64,000 bases of DNA from Spirochaetia bacterium. Lineage in GTDB: Bacteria; Spirochaetota; Spirochaetia; DSM-2461. Shown one piece after another: positions 22,628 through 31,451 of the stretch (the stretch's first letter is position 1; each line of letters starts with the position of its first letter). A program made the position numbers and the translations under genes. The notes beneath the pieces were generated by a model. It was not told the origin of the DNA and did no database searches. It was given only the letters and a program-made list of their open reading frames with translations. Location: NCBI GenBank assembly GCA_963668315.1, contig OY764216.1, positions 448,001 through 512,000 on the forward strand, given 5' to 3'.

Positions 22628-23593
22628 ATGGGTGAGATTAAAAAGAAGCCGTTAATCCAACGGCAGAAAGTTATGTTTCATGTGGTTTATGCACTGATCC
22701 CCCTGGCCGTCTTCTCGATCTATCTCTTCGGGTGGAGATCTCTTATGATCCTCGCCGTAGTCAACGCCGCCGGATTTCTAAGCGAATACATTTTCGCGCG
22801 AACCTATAAGAAACAGGTCAGTTCAGCTGTTTTCGTCACCAATTTCCTCTTTGCCCTTTCCATGCCCCCCGCCGTCCCCCTGTGGATAGCCGTAGTGGGT
22901 ATCGTCTTCGGCGTTGTTTTCGGGAAAATGGTGTTCGGAGGCTTCGGAAGAAACGTTTTCAATCCGGCCATCTCCGGCCGTGCTTTCGTATACATCAGCT
23001 TCGGTGTACCCCTGACGGCAGGATTCGTCCAGCCCGCCGGAGGATTTCCCGGAGGATTCTCCACCTGGCTCCACGGCGTTGACGCCGTCTCCCGGGCTAC
23101 GCCCCGGGCCGCCCTCACGGGCGGAGAGCCCTTCCCCTTGTCCCGCCTGATTCTCGGGAATACGGCCGGCTCCCTCGGTGAGACCTGCGCCCTGCTGATC
23201 ATCCTGGGGGGGATCTATCTTATCTGGAAGAAGGCGGCCAGCTGGCGGATAATGCTCGCCGTCCTTATCGGTTTTCTCGTCACCCAGTCGGCCCTCTATT
23301 TCGGAGGCGTGGACGGTGTAGTCAATCCGGTAAGCAGCCTTTTCACCGGCAGCCTTCTCTTCGCCCTGGTCTTCATGGCAACCGATCCGGTTTCCTCATC
23401 CCAGTCGACCGACGGGGGACGCTGGATATACGGATTAACCATAGGCATACTGGTCTCCCTGATCCGTGTCTTCTCCATATGGGTGGAGGGGGTAACCTTC
23501 GCCATTCTTCTGGCCAACATGTTCGCTCCCCTCCTGGACCACTACATGAAGGAAGCCAAGAAAAAAAAGAAGCAGCGGGAGGCCGCCCGATGA
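22628..23593 (+). CDS. NqrB/RnfD-family membrane subunit
   Basis: KMVFGGFGRNVFNPA, DAVSRATP (FMN Thr), GSLGET, FMATDPVSS. Confidence 0.9.
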   Translation: MGEIKKKPLIQRQKVMFHVVYALIPLAVFSIYLFGWRSLMILAVVNAAGFLSEYIFARTYKKQVSSAVFVTNFLFALSMPPAVPLWIAVVGIVFGVVFGKMVFGGFGRNVFNPAISGRAFVYISFGVPLTAGFVQPAGGFPGGFSTWLHGVDAVSRATPRAALTGGEPFPLSRLILGNTAGSLGETCALLIILGGIYLIWKKAASWRIMLAVLIGFLVTQSALYFGGVDGVVNPVSSLFTGSLLFALVFMATDPVSSSQSTDGGRWIYGLTIGILVSLIRVFSIWVEGVTFAILLANMFAPLLDHYMKEAKKKKKQREAAR

Positions 23594-24204
23594 GCGATGC
23601 AAAAAAGAAAAACCAGTTCTACATAGAAAGAATAAGACCCGTCACCGTCACGGCCGTTCTGACCATCATCTGCATCACTCTGGTCTCCCTTCTCTATCTG
23701 TCCACCCGCGACCAGGTTCTCGCCAACGAGGGTCTGGTTCTGAAAAAGGCCGTTCTCTATGCGGCGGGACTGGCCGTTCCCGGTTCGAACCACGAAATCA
23801 ATGAGCTGTACGACAGCCGCGTGACCGAAGAGGACGGGATTTTCACCGTGAAGGATGATGCCGATAAAACGAAAGCCTACGCCTTCATCCAGGCGGGCCC
23901 CGGACTCTGGGGCGAAATCCAGGCGGTCGTTGCCTTCGATACCGATCTGGCCACCTTCGCCGGAGTGGATTTCATCAGCCAGAACGAGACCCCCGGACTG
24001 GGCGCGAGGATAACCGAGTCCTGGTTCAAGGAACAGCTCAGGGGTCGGAAAGCTCCCCTGACCATGAATCCGGAAGGAACCGAATCGACCGCGTCCTCCG
24101 AAATAGACGCCATCACCGGAGCCTCCCGAACCAGCGATTACGCCCTTTCCCTATTCAACAAAGCCGGTGAAAAAGCCGCCGCTCTCGAAGGGAGGTTACC
24201 CTAA
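23590..24204 (+). CDS. NqrC/RnfG-family FMN-binding subunit
   Basis: GPGLWGEI, QNETPGLGARI, DAITGAS. ATGA overlap with the previous gene. Confidence 0.88.
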   Translation: MSDAKKKNQFYIERIRPVTVTAVLTIICITLVSLLYLSTRDQVLANEGLVLKKAVLYAAGLAVPGSNHEINELYDSRVTEEDGIFTVKDDADKTKAYAFIQAGPGLWGEIQAVVAFDTDLATFAGVDFISQNETPGLGARITESWFKEQLRGRKAPLTMNPEGTESTASSEIDAITGASRTSDYALSLFNKAGEKAAALEGRLP

Positions 24205-24797
24205 TGGCAGGAAAAGCACTGAAAACATTCACCGCCCCCCTGGGAAAGGACAATCCCGTCTTCGCCCAGATTCTGGGCATCTGCTCGACTCTGGCGGTGA
24301 CGAATAACTTACAGAATACGGTGGTGATGGTACTGGGCGTGATGTTTACCACGACCCTCTCCTCCTTCACCTTTTCCCTCTTGCGAAAGGTGATACCCGG
24401 AAGAATCCGCATGATCGCCGAAACCATGATCATCGCGACCTTCGTCATCATCGTGGACATTATGCTCAGGGCATATATGCCCGAGATCTGGCAGCAGCTG
24501 GGCCCCTACGTGGGACTGATTATCACCAACTGCATCGTCATGGGCCGGATGGAAGCCTTCGCCGCCGCCAATCCCCCCGGGCTGAGCCTGATAGACGGAC
24601 TGGCTTCGGGTATGGGCTATGCCTACGTTCTCGTGGTCATAGCCTTCTTCAGGGAACTGCTGGGAGCGGGAACCATCTGGGGGATTTCCGTACTGGGAGA
24701 CTGGTGGAACAACTGGGCGATCATGATCATGCCTCCCGGGGCATTCTTCATGCTGGCCATTTTCATTTGGGTTGTCAAAGGGAGGATGAAGGAATGA
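24204..24797 (+). CDS. NqrD/RnfE-family membrane subunit
   Basis: QILGICSTLAVT, YVGLIITNCIVMGR, PPGAFF. Confidence 0.92.
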   Translation: MAGKALKTFTAPLGKDNPVFAQILGICSTLAVTNNLQNTVVMVLGVMFTTTLSSFTFSLLRKVIPGRIRMIAETMIIATFVIIVDIMLRAYMPEIWQQLGPYVGLIITNCIVMGRMEAFAAANPPGLSLIDGLASGMGYAYVLVVIAFFRELLGAGTIWGISVLGDWWNNWAIMIMPPGAFFMLAIFIWVVKGRMKE

Positions 24798-25384
24798 CAG
24801 AACTGCTGCCGGCCGCCGTATTTTTCGGCTCAATTTTTACCAGTAACATACTTCTGGCCAACTATCTGGGAATGTGCTCATTCCTTTCCGTATCCAAGGA
24901 GATCGAGACTTCGGCGGGACTGGGGGCGGCGGTCATCTTCGTCATGGCCGTCACGAGCGCCCTCAACTGGCTCGTCTATAATCTGATCCTAATCCCCCTG
25001 GGGCTGGACTATCTCAGATTCATCGTCTTCATCGTCGTCATCGCCGCCTTCGTTCAGCTGGTGGAAATGATTATCGAGCGGATAAGCGAGGGGCTCTACG
25101 CCGCCCTGGGAATCTTCCTCCCCCTTATCACGGTCAACTGCGCCATTCTGGGAGTCAGCCTTTTCATGGTGATACGGGACTACAACTTCATCAACAGCTT
25201 CTTCTTCGGGCTGGGAAGCGGCATCGGCTGGTTCCTGGCTATCATGGCCATGGCGGGAATTCGCAAGAAGATCGCCGGGGCGCAGATTCCGAAGGGACTT
25301 GAAGGGGCGGGCATCACCCTAATTATCGCCGGTATGATGGCTCTGGCCTTCATGGGATTCTCCGGCATGATCAATGTGACTTAG
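24794..25384 (+). CDS. NqrE/RnfA-family membrane subunit
   Basis: LGMCSFL, GIFLPLITVNCAILG. ATGA overlap with the previous gene. Confidence 0.92.
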   Translation: MTELLPAAVFFGSIFTSNILLANYLGMCSFLSVSKEIETSAGLGAAVIFVMAVTSALNWLVYNLILIPLGLDYLRFIVFIVVIAAFVQLVEMIIERISEGLYAALGIFLPLITVNCAILGVSLFMVIRDYNFINSFFFGLGSGIGWFLAIMAMAGIRKKIAGAQIPKGLEGAGITLIIAGMMALAFMGFSGMINVT

Positions 25385-25393
25385 GAGGCCGCG

Positions 25394-26494
25394 ATGTTAA
25401 CTCAACTGCTGATAAGCGTGGGCACCATTACGGGGATAACGGTTATTCTGGCCGTTATCCTGGTTATCGCCGACGCCTTTATCGCCGATTACGGGGAAGT
25501 GGAACTCACCATCAACGGACAGAAGAAACTGACGGTCAAAGGCGGGCGCCCCCTTCTGGGAACTCTTATTGAAGAGGAGATATTCATCCCTTCGGCCTGC
25601 GGAGGCCGGGGTTCCTGCGGTCTGTGCAAGCTCAAGGTGGAGTCGGGGGCCGGGCAGTATCTGCCCACCGAACTTCCCTGGCTGAGCAAGGAGGAACAGG
25701 ATCAGAACATCCGCCTCTCCTGCCAGCTCAAGGTGAAGCAGGATATGGCCATACGCATTCCCGAGGAACTCTTCAGCGTCCGCCGCTTTCAGGCCCGGGC
25801 GGAGAAAATCACCGACCTGACCCACGATATCAAGGAACTGCGGCTCAAGCTGCTTTCCCCGAACACCATAGATTTCAAGGCGGGCCAGTTCGTTCAGATC
25901 CAGGTTCCCGAGTACAAATTAAGCGACGAATCGGTCTTCCGTGCCTATTCGGTCTCCTCCTCCCCTTCCGAGACGGATACGGTAGAGCTGGAAGTGCGGC
26001 TTGTTCCTGAGGGGATCTGCACCACCTGGGTTCACCAGTTTCTGAAGGAAGGACAGGAAGTCACCATCAACGGACCCTACGGGGAGTTTTTCCTGCGCGA
26101 CACGGAAAGGGACATCGTCTGCATCGCCGGAGGATCGGGCAACGCCCCCATAAAGTCCATCATGATGGATATGGCGGAAAAGGGAAATCCCCGCAAGCTC
26201 ACTTACTTCTACGGAGCCAGAGGGAAAAAGGACCTGGTCCTTCCCGATGATATGAAAGCCATCGCCGACAGGCTTCCCAACGGAAGTTACGTCCCCGTCC
26301 TTTCCGAACCGGACGAAAACGACAAGTGGGAGGGAGAAACGGGCTTCGTAACCGATGCGGTTGCAAGATATCTTAAATCCGGAGATAATACGGAAGCTTA
26401 TCTTTGCGGAAGCCCGGGTATGATTGACGCCTGCATCAAAGTCCTTACATCGAAGGGCGTTCCCGAAGAACTGATCTACTACGACAAATTTTAG
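25394..26494 (+). CDS. nqrF: NqrF-like NADH dehydrogenase subunit (TM anchor + 2Fe-2S + FAD/NAD domains)
   Basis: PSACGGRGSCGLC...RLSCQ, RAYS, GPYGEF, AGGSG, YLCGSP, YYDKF. Confidence 0.88.
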   Translation: MLTQLLISVGTITGITVILAVILVIADAFIADYGEVELTINGQKKLTVKGGRPLLGTLIEEEIFIPSACGGRGSCGLCKLKVESGAGQYLPTELPWLSKEEQDQNIRLSCQLKVKQDMAIRIPEELFSVRRFQARAEKITDLTHDIKELRLKLLSPNTIDFKAGQFVQIQVPEYKLSDESVFRAYSVSSSPSETDTVELEVRLVPEGICTTWVHQFLKEGQEVTINGPYGEFFLRDTERDIVCIAGGSGNAPIKSIMMDMAEKGNPRKLTYFYGARGKKDLVLPDDMKAIADRLPNGSYVPVLSEPDENDKWEGETGFVTDAVARYLKSGDNTEAYLCGSPGMIDACIKVLTSKGVPEELIYYDKF

Positions 26495-26504
26495 GAGGAA
26501 ACCG

Positions 26505-26966
26505 ATGAAAGAAAACCCAGCTAAGCACAGGGTATTGGAAAACATGAAACCGGGTGTCATCTCCCTCCACGGATTTCTGGGCTCCGACTCACGGGACCTG
26601 GATACGATAATAGAGCACGATGCGGGAGAGCTCGAGCGGCTGGGTCTGACCAGAGAGCAGATTGCCGACAAGCTTGAAGTGATACGGGATAAAGCCCAGG
26701 AAGGGCTCGGCGTTTACGTTAAGCTCAACGCCACCTACATGGCCAAGGCCGATTCCATCAGGGGAAAGATTCCCTGTCCCTTCGACCATGCGGGGATTTA
26801 CAGCAAAACGGTTATCACCATACAGAATATCGATACCGATGAGGAGATGATCTATACAGACCTGGGAATTCACCTCATAAGGGAGCACGGATTCTTTCAG
26901 GGAAAGGGAAGCATCTTCCGTATGGAACCGGAAGCCCTCGCCGATCTTCTGGAGAAATGCTGCTGA
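26505..26966 (+). CDS. Hypothetical protein at the end of the Nqr-like operon
   Basis: AGGAGG RBS, 10 nt after nqrF. GFLGSD, CPF and HLIREHGFFQG look like conserved motifs. Confidence 0.7.
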   Translation: MKENPAKHRVLENMKPGVISLHGFLGSDSRDLDTIIEHDAGELERLGLTREQIADKLEVIRDKAQEGLGVYVKLNATYMAKADSIRGKIPCPFDHAGIYSKTVITIQNIDTDEEMIYTDLGIHLIREHGFFQGKGSIFRMEPEALADLLEKCC

Positions 26967-27006
26967 CAGCGGACGTACAGAATAACAAACAGGAGAGAAC
27001 AAACCT

Positions 27007-27366
27007 ATGAGATTTCTCGGTAATTTGATCTGGCTTATATTCGGAGGCCTGGAAGCCGCCCTTGGCTGGGCCCTGGCGGGACTCCTCCTCTGCATTACCA
27101 TAATCGGCATTCCCTTCGGGATTCAATGCCTGAAAATCGGCGGTTTCGTACTCCTTCCCTTCGGTCGGCCCATAGAAAACACCGGAAGCGGCCTGACAAG
27201 TCTGATCGGGAATATCCTCTGGCTCATCATCTTTGGATGGGGTCTGGCCCTGGGCCACTTCCTGGCGGGGATACTCTTCTCTATTACCATCATAGGTATT
27301 CCCTTCGGGAAGCAGCATTTCAAGCTGGCCCGGCTCGCCCTCCTTCCCTTCGGTAAAACAGTCTAG
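27007..27366 (+). CDS. YccF-domain inner membrane protein
   Basis: Duplicated GNLIWLIFGG...ITIIGIPFG...LLPFG motif. Confidence 0.9.
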   Translation: MRFLGNLIWLIFGGLEAALGWALAGLLLCITIIGIPFGIQCLKIGGFVLLPFGRPIENTGSGLTSLIGNILWLIIFGWGLALGHFLAGILFSITIIGIPFGKQHFKLARLALLPFGKTV

Positions 27367-27432
27367 TATATCTTTACAAATAAAAGGACAGAAGTATATA
27401 CGGGGAATCCTATTCCTGATATTCTGTCCTTT

Positions 27433-28272
27433 ATGCTTTTCATTTTATTGGCCGTCCTTTGTTCGACGGGCGTCTCTCTGATACTGAAAATCACCCATAC
27501 CCGCAAGATGGCGGTGGAACCGATTTTCCTTATAAATTACGTAACCGCTACTGCCGCCTCGGCCCTGCAGGGAGACTTCTCCACCCTGCCGCGTCTTACG
27601 GATGATCTGGGATGGGGATTCTATCTTTCCGCGGTGTTCCTGGGGTTCCTCTTTATCGGGGCGTTCTACGTTTACAGAAAAACCATCGCCGAACTGGGAA
27701 TCTCCCTCTCCTCCACGATCTCCCGGCTCTCCGCCGGCCTCCCCCTGCTGGGAACGATATTGCTCTTCCATGAAACGCCCCATCTCCGTCAGATCATAGG
27801 AATGGGACTTATGTTTCTGGCCATTCCCCTGGCTTCGGAAAAATCCGACGACGCCCGGCACAAGGGTCACAACTTCTGGGGAGCCATTCTGTTCCTCGCC
27901 TTCGGAATCAACGATTTCACCTTGAAAGTGGTGGGGGAACTCTGGCCCCAGGCGAGCGAGGGGGCCTTCCTCTTTTTCGTTTTCTTGACCAGCACGGTTA
28001 TCGCCCTTGTCCTCACTCTGGCCAAGGGGCACTCCTTCAACCCCGCCCTGCTTCTTCCGGGCATCATCCTGGGCGTTATAAATCTGGGATCCTCCTTTTT
28101 CATCCTCAAATCCCTGCGGCGGGTGGATGCCATTATCGTCTATCCTCTCCTGGCGCTGGGAATAATTTTCATGGGGCTGGTAACGGGAATGCTCTTCTGG
28201 AAGGAGAAACTGACAAAGGGCCATGCCATTTTTATCGCGATAGCGGCGGTGGCGGTTCTGCTGATTTCCTGA
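27433..28272 (+). CDS. DMT/EamA-family transporter
   Basis: About 10 TMs with an internal repeat (LFHET / LFWKEKL). Confidence 0.8.
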   Translation: MLFILLAVLCSTGVSLILKITHTRKMAVEPIFLINYVTATAASALQGDFSTLPRLTDDLGWGFYLSAVFLGFLFIGAFYVYRKTIAELGISLSSTISRLSAGLPLLGTILLFHETPHLRQIIGMGLMFLAIPLASEKSDDARHKGHNFWGAILFLAFGINDFTLKVVGELWPQASEGAFLFFVFLTSTVIALVLTLAKGHSFNPALLLPGIILGVINLGSSFFILKSLRRVDAIIVYPLLALGIIFMGLVTGMLFWKEKLTKGHAIFIAIAAVAVLLIS

Positions 28273-28476
28273 GATGAAGATTACGATCTATGTCCGGGCT
28301 CTATACTTATACATGGGATAATAATGAGGGGAGAACTGTTTCTCCGGAACCGATGAAACGAATGATTGACCTGTCATACTTCGTATTCTATCAACTGTAC
28401 ATTATAGTAAACTTCATGTTAAAACATTAATCGGAACGGCGTAAAAAATATCAAAAATCTCCCGAGGACGGTCCCC

Positions 28477-30129
28477 ATGATCTACCATCTGTTGAGCAGA
28501 TTATCTGCAATTCTGCTTCTACTGCTCATCCCCCTGCCCTTTGCCACGGCACTGAATGCGAGCCTGATCTCATCGGAGACCGATGTGGTGATCCGCAGCG
28601 ACGGAAAAGCCGATATATACTATAGCCTCCACTGGAAGACTTCCGGAGATAAGATGCACGGGTTCTATTTCCAGGGAAGCGCGGTAAAACCGGAATTCGA
28701 TCTCCAGAACTGTTTCGCAGATATTAACGACGACGAACGGGTTCCTCTGGATATTACTTCCATGGGAGGAGGACTCTACGATATTGTACTGGCCTATAAC
28801 GGGGGATTCACCGGGGAGGCTTACTATTACCTGCATTACGGGGCCGATCTGAGGGGTGGCGGATTTACCGGTCAAACCCGATCGGAAGACTACGGAGAGC
28901 TTTTCTATTTCGACTGGGCTCCGGTAGATTGGGAATACTCTCTGGAGCACCGTACGGTACGGGTTCAGCTGCCCGTTCAGGTCCCCTCTCAAGAGTTGAG
29001 TCAAGATTGGGTCTCCGACCGGGGAATCCTTACGGAACCCTATGTAAACCGCAACTATCTGGTCGATTACTACGGAACACCCGGAGATGACGGAAAGAAT
29101 TATCTGACCCTCCGGTTCCACAAAAAGCATGTGCCCGCCTATGACTCCATGCGAATACAGTTTTACCTGCCCCTGGCCACATCCGGTCAGACCGGAATCG
29201 AAGGCTCAGGGGAAAGAACTCTTTCTAACGGGCGACTTAAGACCCTGACCGTCAAGAAAATAGATTCTGCGCAGCTGATAACGTTAATATTTCTGGCAGC
29301 GGTTTTGATTGTGGCGGTTCTGCTTTACCTTCTGAAAGACCGGAAGTTTTCCCATATGGCAGACAAAGTGGATCAGATATCCTGGGCCGGAGACGACTGG
29401 CTGCCCCCCAGGCTGGAGGTGGGTTCTTTTCAGGTTGAGGGAAAGATCATAAAGGATCTGCATCCCGTAGAAGCGGCCCTGCTTCTGGAACTCCCTCTGC
29501 CGGATATTACAGCGTTGCTGGCGGAATCTCTGGAAGACCGACGGATTATCCATATACGGAGCCGTGATCCCTTTGAAGTGGATGTACTTGATCGTGAAAA
29601 GGCGACCGACGAAATGGACGCCCGGTTTCTATCCTGTTTTCTGCCCGACGGCCGGCTGTTGACGAAAGTGCTCTGTGACTTTTTCGAGATACTGATCATG
29701 CAGCTCCAGGAGAAAATCTGGGACTGCGATATTGAGGCGACCAAGACCTATTATAGAAAGGAACTTGAAGGCCAGGGAAAACCCGAAGAAAACATAAAGG
29801 ATAATTCAGCTTCCCCTTCTCCGAACCATTACCGTCACTACCCCCATTACTACAACCGCTGGTGGTATTTAAGCCAAGGCAAGGAACCCCATGAAGCCAT
29901 AGCCCTGCCTGATGAACTGAGCGGTGGATACAGCCGCTTTATGTCTTCCTCCTCCTGCTTCAGCGGCTGCTTCACACCGGCGGCCTTCCAATCGGGCAGC
30001 ATCAATGCCTGTCACTCCGCCTGCCATAATGCCTGCCATTCGGCCTGTCACAGTGCCTGTCACAGCGCCTGCCATTCAGCTTGTCATTCCGCCTGCCATT
30101 CAGCCTGCGTCTCCGGGGGAAGCCATTGA
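28477..30129 (+). CDS. DUF2207-like single-pass membrane protein with C-terminal (ACHS)n Cys/His tail; candidate radical SAM substrate
   Basis: Signal peptide, DVVIRSDGKADI and LHPVEAALLL (DUF2207-like by recall), one TM near residues 267-286, and the tail ACHSACHNACHSACHSACHSACHSACHSACHSACVSGGSH. Confidence 0.8.
   Translation: MIYHLLSRLSAILLLLLIPLPFATALNASLISSETDVVIRSDGKADIYYSLHWKTSGDKMHGFYFQGSAVKPEFDLQNCFADINDDERVPLDITSMGGGLYDIVLAYNGGFTGEAYYYLHYGADLRGGGFTGQTRSEDYGELFYFDWAPVDWEYSLEHRTVRVQLPVQVPSQELSQDWVSDRGILTEPYVNRNYLVDYYGTPGDDGKNYLTLRFHKKHVPAYDSMRIQFYLPLATSGQTGIEGSGERTLSNGRLKTLTVKKIDSAQLITLIFLAAVLIVAVLLYLLKDRKFSHMADKVDQISWAGDDWLPPRLEVGSFQVEGKIIKDLHPVEAALLLELPLPDITALLAESLEDRRIIHIRSRDPFEVDVLDREKATDEMDARFLSCFLPDGRLLTKVLCDFFEILIMQLQEKIWDCDIEATKTYYRKELEGQGKPEENIKDNSASPSPNHYRHYPHYYNRWWYLSQGKEPHEAIALPDELSGGYSRFMSSSSCFSGCFTPAAFQSGSINACHSACHNACHSACHSACHSACHSACHSACHSACVSGGSH
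30007..30114 (+). repeat. Nine imperfect tandem 12-bp units encoding A-C-H/V-S/N
   Basis: GCC TGT CAC TCC / GCC TGC CAT AAT / GCC TGC CAT TCG / GCC TGT CAC AGT / GCC TGT CAC AGC / GCC TGC CAT TCA / GCT TGT CAT TCC / GCC TGC CAT TCA / GCC TGC GTC TCC. Confidence 0.95.
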
Positions 30130-31451
30130 AAACATTAGGGATTTCCGATTTACAGTGGATCGACAGCTATTTCCATCATATCCGTAAATATCTCTTTTTC
30201 CGCAGGGAAGACGGGGTGCTGATATTTCCCCCCAACCGGGTTACCCGCCTCAATGGAACCGGCCAGGAACTTCTGAGTCATCTCTTTTCCGGCCGGAGCA
30301 TTGCCTCATTCCCTGGACTGAATGGAGCAGACCGCTGCCGGGATGTGAATGTATTCTTCTCCAATCTGAAAGCCTTTTACGAAGATCAGTCCATAAACCT
30401 GGATCAGGCGGAAGCGGTAGAGCGCAGGCCCTACGACTTCCAATTCACCCGGCTGCCCATATTGGGGGAAATTGCCCTTACTTACCGCTGCAATAACCGC
30501 TGTCTGTTTTGCTATGCCGGCTGCGGCAAAGAATCTCCGGCAGCCCAAGGCACTCCGAAAGAGCTGACCACCAGGGGCTTTAAAAAAATCATCCGGATTT
30601 TCCGTGATGAGGCCCGCATTCCCTTCTTCTCCTTTACCGGGGGAGAACCTCTGCTGCGGGGGGATCTGGAATCCCTGATATCCTATGCCGAAAAGAGAGG
30701 ACTGCGGACCAACCTCATTACCAATGGCACCCTGGCTACGGAACAACGGAGCAGAAAACTCTACCGTGCAGGTCTGAGAACCGCCCAGGTCAGTATCGAG
30801 GCACCTGAAGCGGAACTGCACAACCGCTTGACCGGAAGCTCTTCCTTCCAGAAGACATGCCAGGGCATCGCCGCCCTGAAATCAGCCGGCATAAAGGTGC
30901 AGACCAATACGACTCTTACCGCGCTGAATGTGGACAGCACAGAAAAGATGCCGGCCTTTTTGAAAGAGCTGGGCATCGACAGATTTTCCATGAATCTCTT
31001 TATTCCCACAGAAAAATCGCCGGGGAATGACAAACTTTTTCTTTCCTATAGTCAAATCGGACCGGTGGTGGACCGGGTCAGAAAAGAGGCGGCAAGGCTC
31101 TCCATGACCTTCTACTGGTATTCCCCCCTGCCCCACTGCCACTTCAATCCCCTTTCCCGGGGTATGGGAAACAAATCCTGCGCGGCCATGGACGGTTTGA
31201 TATCCGTAACGCCTACGGGCGATATTCAGCCCTGCTCCTCCTATGCAGAATCCATGGGCAGCCTGCTCTCCGGAAAGTTCCAGGATATCTGGTTTTCTAA
31301 GCGTGCAGGTTTTTTCAAAGAGAAGCGCTACGCCCCCGAGGAATGTTCAGGATGCGACCGCTTCATCGCCTGCCAGGCGGCCTGCCCTTTATACTGGCAA
31401 TACGCCGGAACCTGTGAAATCAACAAAAGGGAGGCCCTCCGATGCCCATGA
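30126..31451 (+). CDS. Radical SAM/SPASM peptide-maturase-like enzyme with PqqD/RRE-like N-terminus
   Basis: CNNRCLFC (CxxxCxxC), FTGGEPLLR, LITNG, and SPASM cysteines CAAMDG...PCS...CSGC-x5-CQAAC. A TTG start at 30126 overlaps the upstream TGA and has GGGGGA just before it; the ORF track start at 30081 is probably too early. Confidence 0.92.
   Translation: MKTLGISDLQWIDSYFHHIRKYLFFRREDGVLIFPPNRVTRLNGTGQELLSHLFSGRSIASFPGLNGADRCRDVNVFFSNLKAFYEDQSINLDQAEAVERRPYDFQFTRLPILGEIALTYRCNNRCLFCYAGCGKESPAAQGTPKELTTRGFKKIIRIFRDEARIPFFSFTGGEPLLRGDLESLISYAEKRGLRTNLITNGTLATEQRSRKLYRAGLRTAQVSIEAPEAELHNRLTGSSSFQKTCQGIAALKSAGIKVQTNTTLTALNVDSTEKMPAFLKELGIDRFSMNLFIPTEKSPGNDKLFLSYSQIGPVVDRVRKEAARLSMTFYWYSPLPHCHFNPLSRGMGNKSCAAMDGLISVTPTGDIQPCSSYAESMGSLLSGKFQDIWFSKRAGFFKEKRYAPEECSGCDRFIACQAACPLYWQYAGTCEINKREALRCP

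Noticed and set aside
30007..30114. 12-bp tandem repeat as a CRISPR array or contingency VNTR
   Set aside because: There are no spacers or cas genes, and the units are in-frame with mostly synonymous variation, so it is a coding repeat.
30007..30114. Tail as multiheme cytochrome c motifs (CxxxCH)
   Set aside because: The spacing is not the canonical CxxCH, the motifs overlap, and the predicted location is cytoplasmic, away from heme-attachment machinery. Not formally excluded.
30081..30125. ORF-track start of the radical SAM gene inside the repeat
   Set aside because: TTG at 30126 overlaps the upstream stop and has a purine-rich SD, which is much more plausible.
28477..31451. Assignment to the known His-Xaa-Ser (Hxs) or SCIFF radical SAM systems
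   Set aside because: The repeat is H-S-A-C with period 4 on a large membrane protein, with a single rSAM gene. This does not match HxS triplet precursors with two rSAMs, or the short six-Cys SCIFF peptide.
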